From positions 15,810,001 through 15,874,000 of the forward strand of contig CM075981.1 in NCBI GenBank assembly GCA_038087875.1: 64,000 nucleotides of DNA, read 5' to 3'. Positions within the stretch are counted from its first letter, which is position 1; every line of letters begins with the position of its first letter. A program made the translations under genes and the position numbers. Shown here piece after piece: positions 25,601 through 40,600 of this stretch. The stretch comes from Malacoraja senta (Eukaryota). The notes under the pieces were generated by a model. That model was not told where the DNA came from. It did not search any database and worked only from the letters and a program-made list of their open reading frames with translations.

Positions 25601-28600
25601 GAATATTGAATATCCCTGGATGTTCAGCTCGCAGCCTTGGTCACCCTGGAGCCATGTCTCCGTGATCCCAACTACATCATAATCATTAATTGCTATCTGC
25701 ACGTTCAACTCTTCCACCTTATTACGAATGCTCCTTGCATTGAAACACAAAGCCTTCAGGCTTGTTTTTACAACGCTCGTACCCCTTATACAATTATGTT
25801 GAAAAGTGGCTCTTTTTGATTCTTGCCGTGGATTTGTCTGCCTGCCACTTTTACTTTTCACCTTGCTACTTATTGCTTTCGCCCGCATTTTACACCACTC
25901 TGTTTCTCTGCTCACCCATTTAAGAACCCCACCACCTCTTATTCTCTGTTTATTATTGTTTTCTTCTTCCCCCCCTACATGTTGGGTCTGAGTGCTTTCC
26001 TTCTCTGCCTCCTGCCTCACACACTGTCTAATAGCATTGTCTATTTGACTCCCTCCCCCCAACCATTCTAGTTCAAAGTCTCCCCAGTACTCTCCAGTAC
26101 TCTCTAGTCCCTGCCTGTGCCCCTTGCCTCTCCCAACCGTGATCCACTTGCCTGCCTCCTGTGGTGTTGGAGTGACCACATCCCTGTAACTCCTCTCAAT
26201 GACTTCCTCGCTCTCCCTGACCAGACGGAGGTCATCGAGCTGCTGTTCCAGGTTCCTAATACGGTCCATTAGGAGCCCCATCTCGATACACCTGGCGCAG
26301 ATGTGGACGTCTGGAGGGCTATCAGACTCCATGACTTCCCACATCTGACATCCAGAACAGTAAACTGCCCTGGCCCTCATACTCCCCTTACTCTGGATAG
26401 AATACAAATCAAACTGCTAGAATACAAAACAAACTGATACAATACAAAACAAACTGCTAGAATACAAAACAAACTGCTACAATACAGCACAATCAGCAGG
26501 GATCTGACTCCCAATCAGCTGCTCCCTCTTGGCTGCTTCCACCAATCAGCGGCTTCCTCAAACCCACTTGTTTTTGAAGTGGAACTTGGAACGTTACAGA
26601 TTTAGGTACTCCTTTTTAACTCCTACCGCTCGGGTGTAGCTCCTCCCTCTGCGACCTCTCCAACGGCTCTCGGGCCTCTGTAAGGAACAAACCCCGCGCT
26701 CCTTTTTAACTCCTACCGCTCGGGTGTAGCTCCTCCCTCTGCGACCTCTCCAACGGCTCTCGGGCCTCTGTAAGGAACAAGCCCCGCGCTCCTTTGTAAC
26801 TCTTAACGCTCGGGTGTAGCTCCTCCCTCTGCGACCTCTCGAACGGCTCTCGGGCCTCTGTAAGGAACAAGCCCCGCGCTCCTTTTTAACTCCTACCGCT
26901 CGGGTGTAGCTCCTCCCTCTGCTACCTCTCCAACGGGTGTCGGGCCTCTGAAAGGAACAAGCCCCGCGCTCCTTTTTAACTCCTACCGCTCGGGTGTAGC
27001 TCCTCCCTCTGCGACCTCTCCAACGGCTCTCGGGCCTCTGTGTGGTCTGTTTGGGTACCGTCCATTAAGGGATCATTTGGAGGCAAATACTATTGTCAAT
27101 CTTGTCGAACATGCCTATCAAAATACACGACAAAGTGTCCTCTTAAGGCAAGTTGTTTGTTAACTTATGTCTCCGACTGCTTCCCCAACATTCACACTTC
27201 CTCATATGTTCGCGAGGCGCGTTGACCAGGTTCCCTGCAGTTTTGCCTTGTGAAACTGCTTGTTTTTGTTAATGGAGTAAGCTTATTTGATAACTTTCTT
27301 AGCATATATGATAAAAAATTACTTGCCGATTTAAAAGTACATTGAAAGGGGAATAATATCCTTGTTGGTCCAGGTTACACGCAGGGTACCGCGAGTCAAC
27401 GATATTCCTTTTGATAAAGAGAGCAGACATAATTCTGATCGTAATTTAGCACAATCACTAATTTTCTTCCCGATGACTGATAATTACATTGAACAGATTT
27501 TATATGTTTCAACTGTGGTTTGGAGTGTATCGTACTATGTTGATTAATTGAGATTTCTGGATTGGAATAATTGTATCAAACATTGTGCTGAATTGCTGTT
27601 TAACAAAGAATAGCATTACTGACATGAGGAGGAAGTTTAGAAACCAATTTGAAACCATCAGCTGGATGAAATTTTGGAATGTGTGGTCTGATCCGTATTC
27701 ACATCAAGCTGTCCAGTTAGCAGTGTAAATATGAATGAAAAGGATGACGATGAATGTATTTACGAAAAAGTTGAATTGTTAGTGACTGACGCCACTGTCC
27801 ATCCGCAGGAGTTGGGAAAATTATGATAACTAAAATATTGTACGAAAACCGATCATTTACTCACTTAGTTCCGCACTGCTTAATCTTTGTTCTGTAAAAA
27901 AGCGTACATATTATCAGATATACAATTAACCCACGTGCAAATGGGAAACGCATCGTAACTAGTTTGCCTCTGTCAGTCCTATGTATTGTTCCATCTTGTT
28001 TGGACACTCTGCCATTTTGCTAATGCCGGAATTCTAGTACATTACTTGGAGAGAAAATTATTTTGTACCGACTTCACTTGTCATATTGCGGATCTTGATT
28101 GTTTACATAATCACAAGAAATGTAAGATAAACAGAAAACAAGAAATAACGACTAACATGGAAAACATAGAAAATAAATGTGGGAGTATGCCCTTCGGCCC
28201 ATCGAGCCAGCACCGCCATTCAATATCATCATGGCTGACCATTCGAAATCAATACCCCGATCCTGCTTTCTCCCCATATCCCTTGATCCCGTTATCCCTA
28301 AAAACTATATTTAACTCTCTCTTGAAAACATCCAGTAAATTGGCCTCCACTGCATTCTGTGGCAGAGAATATCACAGCTTCACAATTCTCTGGGTGAAAA
28401 CTGTTTTGCTCGTCTCAGTCCTAAATGGCCTACCCCTTATTCTTAAACTATGGCCCCCCAAATATCTGGAATATGTTTCCTGCTTCTAGCCTGTCAAATC
28501 CCTTAAGAATGTTATAGGTTTCTATAAGATCCCCTCTCACCCTTCTAATTTCCAGCGAATATACTGTAAGTCTAGTCGATCCATCCTTTCATCAAATGTC

Positions 28601-31600
28601 AGTCTCGGCATTCCGGGAATTAACCTGGTGAACATACGCTGCACTCCCACAATAGAAAGAACGTCGTACCTCAAATTAGGAGACAAAAACTGCACACCAT
28701 ACTCTATGTGTGGATTCAACAGAGCCCTGTACAATTGCAGTAGGACCTCCTCGCTGGTATACTCAAATCTTCTCTCTATGAACGCTAACATGCTATTTGC
28801 TTTCTTCACTGCCTGCTGTACCTTCAGTGATGTACAAGGACATAGAAACATAGAAACATAGAAACATAGAAATTAGGTGCAGGAGTAGGCCATCCGGCCC
28901 TTCGAGCCTGCACCGCCATTCAATATGATCATGGCTGATCATCCAACTCAGTATCCCGTACCTGCCTTCTCTCCATACCCTCTGATCCCTTTAGCCACAA
29001 GGGCCACATCTAGCTCCCCCTTAAATATAGCCAATGAACTGGCCTCGACTACCCTCTGTGGCAGACAGTTCCAGAGATTCACCACTCTCTGTGTGATAAA
29101 AGTTCTTCTCATCTCGGTTTTAAAGGATTTCCCCCTTATCCTTAAGCTGTGACCCCTTGTCCTGGACTTCCCCAATATCGGGAGCAATCTTCCTGCATCT
29201 AGCCTGTCCAACCCCTTAAGAATTTTGTAAGTTTCTATAAGATCCCCTCTCAATCTCCTAAATTCTAGAGAGTATAAACCAAGTCTATCCAGTCTTTCTT
29301 CATAAGACAGTCCTGACATCCCAGGAATCAGTCTGGTGAACTTTCTCTGCACTCCCTCTATGGCAATAATGTCCTTCCTCAGATTTGGAGACCAAAACTG
29401 TACGCAATACTCCAGGTGTGGTCTCACCAAGACCCTGTACAACTGCAGTAGAACCTCCCTGCTCCTATACTCAAATCCTTTTGCTATGAAAGCTAACATA
29501 CCATTCGCTTTCTTCACTGCCTGCTGCACCTGCATGCCTACTTTCAATGACTGGTGTACCATGACACCCAGGTCTCGCTGCATCTCCCCTTTTCCTAGTC
29601 GGCCACCATTTAGAAAATAGTCTGCTTTCCTGTTTTTGCCACCAAAATGGATAACCTCACATTTATCCACATTATACTGCATCTGCCAAACATTTGCCCA
29701 CTCACCCAGCCTATCCAAGTCACCTTGCAGTCTCCTAGCATCCTCCTCACAGCTAACACTGCCCCCCAGCTCAGTGTCATCCGCAAACTTGCAGATATTG
29801 CCTTCAATTCCCTCATCCAGGTCATTAATATATATTGTAAATAGCTGGGGTCCCAGCACTGAGCCTTGCGGTACCCCACTAGTCACTGCCTGCCATTGTG
29901 AAAAGGACCCGTTTACTCCTACTCTTTGCTTCCTGTTTGCCAGCCAGTTCTCTATCCACATCAATACTGAACCCCCAATGCCATGTGCTTTAAGTTTGTA
30001 TACTAATCTCTTATGTGGGACCTTGTCGAAAGCCTTCTGGAAGTCCAGATACACCACATCCACTGGACATCCGGGTCTCGTTTAATCTCCCTTTACCTAA
30101 TCAGACACAATTCTGATAATAATTTGCCTTCTTGTTCTAGCCGCCAAACTGGATAACCCCACATTATATTGCATCTGTCATGCATCTGCTCTATCACCCA
30201 ATCTATCTAAGTCAACCTGCAGCCTTATAGTATATTCCTCGCAGCTCACACTGCCTCTCAAATTTGTGTCATCGGCAAAATTGGAGATATTAGATTTAAT
30301 TCCTTCGTCTAAATCGTTAATATCTACATCCCAGCACTGAGCCTTGCTGCACCCCACTAGTTACTGACTGCCATTCTGAAAAGGACCCGTTAATTCCTCC
30401 TCTTTGCCTCTTGTCTGCCAACCCGTTCTCTATGCATGTCGATATCCTACCCCAAACACCATTTGCTCTAATTCTGCACGCTAATCTCTTGAATGGGGCC
30501 TTGTCAAAGGCTTTTTGATTGTCCAGATACACTGCATCCCCATCAAGTTGATGCTTCCCTCAAATATGTGTTTCTTACCATAAAAGCCCATAATAGACTG
30601 GAAAAATTCCGTAGATCAGGCACAATTTACAGGAGAGAAACTGGTAATTTATGCTGTTAGATATGTAGCTTGCGTCAAAGCTTGGATAGAAATATAAAGT
30701 TGGTTACTCGCAGAAAATGCACCTGGGGGACGGAATGAACAAAAACAAACATGTTACAGTGCGAGAGCAGGACTCATCGATTAACGGAGCAGCTGGAGGG
30801 CGTGTATAGGTGTTTGTCTGATTTGTGCTTTAAATCGGAAGTTGTCTGATTTGTGCTTTATTAAATCTAACAACAGGTTATAATGGACTGAGGAAACGTT
30901 GTCCGGCATCACAACTGTATGATTATATTACAAATGTCCAGTTGTAATGCAGAAAACGCGTGTCCCTAATTGTTGGGAAATATCTTTCAGTCTCTTTTAC
31001 TAATGCTCAAAATCGGAAGTTGCTTCCAAGAAAATGACATTCGAGGACATTTCTAAGACGTTTTACCGGGGAATGGAGGGATATTATACCAATGTATCAT
31101 TCCATTAATTCCTTATTGTACATATGTCGTTTTTATGTACATACACCCCACTACTCAACCGAAGCCTTTCTCCATATTACCATACTATTTTGCCCCATCA
31201 TTGCACGACCGTCACCAACATGTTTGGTAATTATTAATGACAGGTGAAATAGCCAAATCACATTTGCTCAGAAATTTATATGCGCCATTTATCAATCGAC
31301 GTCTCGGCCTTCTGCAGTAAACAGCCTATGCTATTTCAGTTTTCCATGGATGTTCCGCAATTCAGCATGTAAATATAACACGTGCACAGATTCATGTTCT
31401 GTAAAAGTAAAGTTCTACTTTAAACTTGCAAATATATCCTCCCTAAAGGTTTCCACATAAATAGACTGCAGCATTGCAGAATCGATTGTTCTCATTATTT
31501 TGCTTTTGCAGCGATTCAATTTTCAGGGATACATCATCTGTTGAGAATATGGAATTCGGAATAAGGATCATAAAATTCCCAATGCGTTGATTTCAGATGA

Positions 31601-34600
31601 AGATGTGCACATACTTCACGAATCAACGTGATTTTAACATTTACCTCGATCATGGACATTTTTTTTCATTATTTCCAGTTCTGCGGGAGGGAAATAAAAT
31701 GAACGTAATGGGTTAGTTATGAATGCATGGACATTGTACATTTGAGAACAAAGTAAGAGTTACATATATTTTCTTATTGACCATGAAATAAACTGGCAAT
31801 ATTCAATCTTTTGTCGATGTTTACCTCTCGTTTTCATTCTCTCTATTCCATTGAGTCGGGTTGCTCTTACAAGTTGATGCTCCAGTGATCTCAATAGAAC
31901 CTCCAGTGGTTTTGTCGCCGAAGAACATTTCGACGTCGAATCAAAGTGTGATATTCAACCATTTACTGGTTTTAAAAATCCTCCAGTGTTGAACGTTGAC
32001 TCTTCTACGGACTCATCAGTTCTGTGATCTTAAAGATCCTCGATTAGAACATCATCCGTTCAGCCTCTTCTGGAATTTCTATCGCATAAATTTCTCATTT
32101 TCACTTCTGTCTCCGTGAGTAAGTCGTCGGTAAAGTGTGTACATCATTAGCAAATGAGTCGCAAAAGCTATTAGTATGTAACGCGATGTGTCAACCATTC
32201 AATCGCAAACATAATGTTCATCATCTAGTGGTATAGCTATTGTGGTTCAAATGTTTGAATAAAGTTCTTATGGTCAACCTCCGAAAGCGTAAATAATTCC
32301 TACGCAGTTGAATATAAGTAAGTAAGTAAGTAATTTTTATTTATGTAGCACGTATATATCAACTTGCGTTGAAACCAACGTTCTTTACATAGAATATATT
32401 AGGAATTAGAAATTAGGTTTCCAACCATCCACACCATAGAATTTAACATGAACGCCCCCCCCCACAGCAGAGTCAACATTTTCCACTGTGATGGAATGCA
32501 GTAACAACTTCAGTCCTCTTCCTCATGTTCACCCGAGGTCGTGGCCTATCTGAGGCCTCCGCAGTCGCCGCAACGGCGGCCCGATGTTACAGGTCCTCTC
32601 GCCGGATGATGGGGTTCCGGCGTCGGGAGAACACTCTTCAGCGGCTTGGAGTGTCTGGAACGGCCGCTTCCTCCCCGGAGACCGCGGCTCCCGAAGTCCA
32701 CAGGCCGCGTTAGTCGGAGCTCCGAAACTGGCGATCTCGGCGAGGGATCCCAGGCTTCGCGGTGTTCAAAGCCAGCGCCGCCCGCAGTTGGACGCTCCGC
32801 GACCACAGCACCACGATGTTGGAGTCGCCGGTCTCAGCACTCCAGAGTTTACCACACGGCGACCCGTGTAAGGAAACGCCCGCTCTGCGATGGTGTTTCA
32901 GCGCTGTGCCGCCGCCGAGACGGAGGTTCTGGCCGGTCCCGGCAGGAAACGCGGCTCCAGTCCCGAGGAAGGGACGAAAATGCGGCTCGGAGGAGAGCCA
33001 CATCTCCGACCAGGTATGGTCTAAAAAATACAGTTCCCCCCATCCCCTTCCCCCATCCCCAACATAAAAGAACTAGAAGACTTCCAACAAAACGTTTTAA
33101 ACACAGTAAAAATTCGGACTGCAAGCATATACGCAGTTGAAAGTTAGATTAAATTTAGAAATTTGGTCTCTGAATAGTTGTGGTTAATATTTAGGTTCAC
33201 CAAGCTGCCTCTTGTCATTAAAAAGAATGCCTACGCGGTCATACAACAAAACAAAACGAGAGTTATATGTTTCCTCGTTGACCATGATGTAGAGTGTCTA
33301 TATTAGACCCTTAAGTTATTTTCGCCACTCATTGTGTTCCTTTATTACGATGATTCCAGTTGCTCCTGTAATTTCAATTGAACCACCAATGTTTTGTCGT
33401 CCAAGAAAATATCCATAATTTGACTGAATGTTCCATTTTCAACTTTCTGTAATTGTTTTAACAACAATTCGTCTCGCGTTGAATCCCACAGGAAATTGTG
33501 AATTCTGTAGTCTTGTTGATTCCCGACTGACGTTCGTTCAATAGCAGCTGACACAATACGGCAGATATTATGTAAGCAGGGTCTTGAAAGTTTTCAACGC
33601 ATGCTTCCGGTTTGAATTCTATTCTACCAGTTATCAGGTTTAACATCTGCTCTTTCAAAAATCATTTGGAAATAACATCTCTGCCTGTTTCAGGTTTCAC
33701 ACATTTTCTACCTTTGTCGACCTTTTTCGACGATTGCATTGGTGCTACCTCCTGCACCCACACACAACTCACTGACTTCATCCATTTCGCCACTAAGTTC
33801 CATCCGGCACTCAAATACACCTGGACCATTTCCGAAATTTTCCTACCATTTCTTCACCTCACTATCTCCATCGCAGGTGATAGACTACTGACCGACATCC
33901 AGTATAAACCCACTGACTCCCGTGGCTATCTGGACTACACTTCCCACCCTGGTTCTTGGAAGGATTCCATGCCCTACTCCCAATTCCTCCATCTATGCCG
34001 CATCTGCACCCAGGGTGAGGTGTTCCACACTAGGGCATCGATAATGTCCTCATTCATCAGGGAACTGGGTTCCTCTCTTCTACCATAGATGAGGCTCTCA
34101 CCAGGGTCTCTTTTATACGCGACACTGCTCTCTCTCCCCATCCCCACACTCGTAACAAGGGCAGAGTTCCCTTTCTCCCCACCTCCCACCCTACCAGCTG
34201 TCACGTACAACAAATAATCCTCCGTCATAATCGCCACCTCCAACGTGACCCTACCACTTGCCACATCTTCCCATCTCCTCCGGTGTCTGCTTTCCGCAGA
34301 GACCGCTCCATCCGTAACCTCCTGGTCAAGGCGTCCCTTCCCACCCGTACTACCACCTCTGCTGGCACTTTCCTTTGCAACCGGAAGAAATGCTACACTT
34401 GTCGCTTTACCTTGCCCCCCTGACTCCAATCAAGGACCCAAGCAGTCTTTCCAGGTGCGGCAGAGGTTCATCTGCACCTCCTCCAACCTCATTAATTGCA
34501 TCCGCTGCTCTAGATGCCAGCTGCTCTACATTGGTGAGACCAAGCGTAGGCTTGGCGATCGCTTCGCCGAACACCTCCGCTCGGTTCGCAATAACGAACC

Positions 34601-37600
34601 TGATCTCCCGGTGGCTCAGCACTTCAACTCCCCCTCCCATTCCGAATCCGATCTTTCTGTCTTGGGCCTCCTGCATGGCCAGAGTGAGGTCCACCGTAAC
34701 TTGGAGGAGCAGCACCTCATATTTCGCTTGATGAACATTGACTCCTCTAATTACTGATAGTCCTTACTGTCTCATCCCCTTCTCAGCTCTCCCTCAGCCC
34801 TTTGGCTCCACCTCTTCCTTTCTTCTTCCCGCCTCCCCACCCTCACATCAGTCTGAAGAATGGTTTCACCCCGATACTTTGCCTATTTCCTTCGCCCCAT
34901 AGATGCTGCCTCACCCGCTGAGTTTCTCCAGCATTTTTGTCTACCTACAATTTTCCAATATCTGCAGTTCCTTCTTAAACATTTTGTCTACTCCACTGCG
35001 AAATCTCCTCAAGGTATGCTTACTTTGAAGAAGTTCTCCTCCTTCCTCTGAAGACAGTTTAACCACCTCCTCTCTGACTGCCCCCCCTCTGTGATACCCC
35101 CTTGCCTCCAACTCTACGACCACATCGTAACCCAGACCCGATACCACAGCCACGTTTGCTTTCTCGGGACTTGCCTGCGCCTCCATCTTGTACCTCGGCC
35201 CGAAACGTTGCCTATTTCCTTCGCTCCATAGATGCTGCCTCACCCGCTGAGTTTTCTCCAGTATTTTTGTCTACCTTCGATCTTTGTCATTTAGTTTATA
35301 CTATCAAAGGCTTTCCTTTCTCCGTCTTAACTTATGATAATCTGCCTATTGGAACTAATTTTACAGGTAGCTTCTCAGGAAAATCGCATTGTCTATGCCG
35401 TTTCCACACACAAATTGTGCATAATATGACCATTTGAGTTTTAATTACATATATGACACTTATTCTTGAATTATGAATGTTGTCGACATATTTTTTTTCA
35501 CCATTCTCACCTCTGACATTGCTGAAACGCTTTGCCTCTAAAATGACATAAAAATGCGTGTTTTAATCACGGTAAGCAAACAGCTAACAGCGAGTCACAT
35601 AAAACAAGATTTGTTAATAAAAACCGACCAACTTCTATCATTTCTAAAAATAAAACCAAGAGTATTAGAGTTCTAGACGATAACTTTAAAACGTACTCAC
35701 CTTCGGGTACTTAGATTGGACTACTTCGTATTCCATGAGTTCGAATATGTCTCAACAGTTTATGTGAAGTGCCAGATGGCTTATTCGTATGGGTTATCCA
35801 TTATCTCCAATCACTGAAACCCTGTGTTTATTTAATGCTGAGTTAGAGCATTTATAGTATTAAGTCTAGTACAGTCTGCACCACTTTCACAAGCATTGAA
35901 TACAGATGGGAGCTACGGAGCACACTTCACTTTATTTGTTCTTAAATCCATGAATAAATCTGGACATCGATTCAATGATTATGTTGTGGCGGCACCCAGG
36001 GTTACGCCACTTGGTACGCGAACCCTCGGCAATAGAACCCTCGGCAACCCTGGGCAACGGCGGGAAGGAGTTGTCACGGGGTTTTGGGGTGTGCCTTAAT
36101 ATATAACGAAATCCGGGTCAACATTCCCTCTCTCTCTTCCTCTTCTTCTCTCTTCGCGCGAGTGGCCTGCTACCTGAGCAGGAGCTCAGCTCGAGCCCAC
36201 AAAGCAACAGCCTCGCAACAGCAACAATGACTTTTGTGTTAGAGGACTAAACGTGCATGTATATCTAACCTATAATGCCTGAACAAAGAAACCGTTTATT
36301 CACGACGTTTGCTGTCTCTACAATCGAAATAAATAACGATATATTTAATTAGATTAAATAATAATTCCGGCAGTTAAAATTTACAACACAAATCTAATTA
36401 GATTAACTTAAATAAACTATTCTTATATGCGTCAATGTCAATACCAGTCAGCCAATTAGTTCGCTGTATAAAACACATATTTTTTTCTTTATTCCGGGCG
36501 TTTTTTTCTGGACCACTATTGAATGACTTCAAGTTATATTATTGTTCAAGTTATTTTGGTACTTCAAGTAACCCTTACTTGCACTCTCTCTCCATCCCTC
36601 ACCCTTCCCGGTTCTCAGACCAGTCTTACTGTCTCCGCCTACATGTTATCTCTGTTTGGTTTGTTGTTACATTCTCTCAACTAACAATGATCTATTCTAC
36701 GTTTTCCTTTGTCCTCTTTTTACACTTCACAGTTCCTCATCTATACACTTCCTTGTCTATGTACCTCCCTTTCCCCGTACATTAGTCTGAAGAAGGGTCT
36801 CGACCCGAGACGTCACCCATTCCTTCTCTCCAGGGATGATGCCTGTCCCGCTGAGGTACTCCAGCATTTTGTGTCTATCCACAAAATAATGACTTTTCGC
36901 GTCACACTGTATGCCCTTCTGGCGCATTCACCATTTTGATTATGACAGATTTGAAGCACATCAGCGATAAACGATCAGCAACAAATAACCGTCTGGGCGA
37001 CACTTACGCTTTTTCCCAATTCTAACACTAGTGCGCGAGGAACAGAAGATAATAAATAATGTAATGGTTCATGTAGACTTCTGAATTGCACATAGATGCT
37101 TTACTGATATCAGTAAAATCTCTCTTTTCGCTCTCTTTATGTGTGCGTGTGTTTGTGTGCGCGCGCGCATACGTGCGTGTGTGTTTGTGAGTGTGTGCGT
37201 GTGTGCGAGTGGGGGTGGGGTGGGTACGAGTTTTGGGCTTTGAGGTGGAATTCGCGACAGTGGAGAAATATCCGAATGAAATATCAGAAATGTGCTAATG
37301 TAGGTAGTTGTCAGAGAAAAAAAAGCACGAGGTGATCAATGTTCGCCAAGTGTATTGTAATTCACTTCGGTGATTATGGTCCTAAAGGGCCTGTCCCACA
37401 TACGCGACCTTTACAGGCGACTGCCGGCATCCGTGATAGGTCGCTGAAATTTTCAACATGTTGAAAATTCAGCGGCGACCAGAAAGAAGCCACGACACTT
37501 TGGAGACTTCTCACGACCAGAGGAGACCACTCACGACCATACAGGCGACACCCTGGCGACATGTCGCTGTTGACCTCTCACTACCATAGGAAGCCTCTCA

Positions 37601-40600
37601 TGACCATACAGCCTGTATGGTCGTCAGATATCTTCTATGGTAGCGAGAGGTCCCCAAAGAGTCTTAGCATCTTTCTGGTCGCCGGGTGCTGGTAGGCGCC
37701 GGTAAAGGTCGCGTATACACATACGCTTTCGGCATGGGTACTAATGCGCTCTTTATATATTTTGCAGAGCTGCTTGTATTGGGGCTGATAGAAACGATGC
37801 ATTGCATGAACCCTGGAGATATTAGACTCTTTTCGCTAATACATTTTTTTTTTAAATTTATCCTTATACTTATGGGCGCCTTTCAAAGACTCTCAAGGAC
37901 GCCTTGCAGATACGCAGATTACAAAACATATCAGCAGAATAAAAAATAAAAAAATAGTAGGGACATCAACAACAACACAATACACAATTTAAGGACAGAA
38001 TTCATTCTAAAGGCACAAAAAGAAAATCAGAAACACAATTTGAGGCGAGAGCAGCGGGAGCTAAACCGCGCCAGCGTCCACTCTCCCCATGCGACCGCCA
38101 TCTTGAACACAGACTAACAAAGACACAGCACACAAAAATCATCACCCCACAATGAATACCACTGTGGGGGAAGGCACAATGTCCAGTCCCTAACCCCAGT
38201 TCACCCAAAGTCAGGCCTATTGAGGCCTCCGCTATTGCCTTTACGGAGGCCCGATGTTCCTGGCCGTATTCACCGGGTGATGTTGCCCCGGCGTCGGGAG
38301 AGTCCACTCAGCGGCTGGGCCACCTGGAACGGCCGCATTCCTTACCGGAGGCCGCGGCTTCAGAAGCCGACAAGGCCGCGCCGGTTTGGAGCTCCCAGGC
38401 TCCCGATGGTAAAGTCGGCGCCGCCCACTCCTCTCCGCAGACCCGCAGCCCGGAGGTGTCGAACTCACGGTCACAGCTCACCAGAGCTCCAGCGCGTCGA
38501 TCTAGCGCGGCGACACAGGCAAGGCATCGCCCGATCCGCTGCGCGATAGCGCTCCAGCGCTGTGCTGCCACCGAAGCCGAGGTGCTGGGCGGCCCCCGCA
38601 AGGAAACGGCGCTCCAAGCCCGCTGGTAGGCCACGAGGACGGGTCGACCGGGCAGCCCGGAGCAAAAGCTTCCTCACCGACCAGGTAGGGACCTAGAAAT
38701 TAGGTTACCGCCTTCACCCTACATTAAAAATCGGATTACTCCCACAGGACAAACGCAGGACTCACTAAAACTATTAAAAAAGTGAATTAAACGGACGGCT
38801 GCTGGTTAGCAGCCGTCCCCCAAGATGGCTCCTCCTCCTCTTGCATGCATTAATGTACCTGATGATTTCTAATTTTAGGAATGATAATGAGAATAATTGA
38901 AGCTGCAGTATTACAAAGCGAAGACCTGTGTACAACGAACAATTATATCCAGAAAAAAGAAAATGCTCGAACTGTCTACATTTTATATTAGTCATATGAT
39001 AGCACGATCCTCACCGGATGCAAGATTATCTTTCTTTATTTCGTGAATCTCTGCAAGGAAGACGCAATTCGTTAATAATAACACCCGATCTGAAAGGAGA
39101 TAAAATACCAATAACCAGTCGTTGCAGGCCATTTTCTCATTGCTGTTGAATTAAGTTAATGTGTAATAGCAAAACCTCATCAAACGTTTTCCATATGCCA
39201 CCCACAACTGTGCTTACGGGAATGTTAGAAAAAATAAGAATCTGTGGCCATGCTGCAAACTCCGTTCTACCTATAAATGGTGTGGGCATCTTTTCAAACT
39301 AAATTAAAACTTTTTTTTCTGAGTTTCCACGTTTTCTATTTTCATGCATGGTGTTTTGTGATTTTCGTGGGCCACGCTGATCCACGTAAACGTGTTGAGC
39401 GGAATAGGCAATTTCCTTGCTGCACGAAACGATGTATCAATTTCAGGATGACTGAAGTAATTAAATGACAAAGCAACATCGCCTTTCGTTTCTGAAGAAC
39501 AAGCAGAAAATAAAATACTGTAGCATACTGTTGAAATGGTTAGCAGTTTCGCGTTGCATGCAAGTGTTGAAGGAAGTATTTCTGCAGTTTTGAAATTTCA
39601 CTCTGACGTATCCTTGGACTGAAAATGCTCATCGGCACGTCCAATGTTGCGTTTTGATTTCACGTCATTGGTTGGATGTACTGGTTTTGCTGATAGTGAA
39701 GATGGTTGTGAACGATTGCAGCAGGATCTGGATCGATTGGCCAGGTGGGCGGAGGAATGGTTGATGGAATTTAATACAGAGATGTGTGAGGTGTTGCATT
39801 TTGGGACGTCAAACAAGGGCAGGACCTACACAGTAAATAGTAGGCTTCTGGGTAGTGTTGCAGAGCAGATGGATCTATGAGTACAGGTGCATGGTTCCTT
39901 GAAGGTCGAGTCGTAGGTAGATAAGTCTGTCAAAAAGGCTTTTGGCACTTTAGCCATCATCAGTCAGAGTATTGAGTATAGAAGTTGGGAGGTCATTTTG
40001 CAGTTGTAGAAGACGTTGGTGAGACCGCAGTTAGGATATTGTGTTCAGTTCTGGGCACCACGTTTTAGGAGATATAGTGTCAAGCTTGAAAGGATTCAGA
40101 AAATATTTACGATGATGTTGCCAGGACTAGAGGGTGTGAGCTTTTGGGAGAGGTTGATGAGGCTGGGTCTCTATTCCACGTAGCGCAGGGGGGTGAGGGG
40201 AGATATTATAAAGGTGTACAGGAATAGATTAGATAGGTGCACAGAGTATTTTGCCCAGAGGAGGGGATTCGAAGACCAGAGGACATATGTTCAAGGCGAA
40301 GGGGAAATGATTTAATAGGAATCGGACCGGTAACTTTTTCACACAAAGGGCGGTCGGTGTATGGAACAAGCTGCCAGAGGGAAGTTGAGGCTGCGACTAT
40401 CTCATCGTTTAAGAAAGAGTTATATAGGTATATGGATCGGACAGGTTTGGAGGCATATGGACGAAGAGCAGGCAAGTGGGATTAGTGTAGCTGGGACATT
40501 GTTGGCCGGTGTGGGCGAGTTGGGCCGAAGGGCCTGTTTCCACACCTGCATCACTCTATGACTCTATGACAAAACAAATGGAAACCTTGTAGTTTATTCT

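Noticed and set aside
26611-27040. Regularly spaced repeats resembling a CRISPR array
   Set aside because: The units are contiguous 90-bp monomers with no unique spacers, form part of a CR1 5'UTR, and sit in a eukaryotic context.
33345-33554. 69-aa minus ORF (…[12 protein letters not shown]…) as a larger exon of the gene
   Set aside because: No convincing splice sites or domain motif were found, and it would interrupt the E7-E8 pair.
30579-37027. Extra AG/GT-bounded minus-strand candidates of 19 nt (30579-30597) and 20 nt (37008-37027)
   Set aside because: They are not multiples of 3, would shift the frame of E7/E8 and do not resemble the repeat; chance or cryptic sites are more likely.
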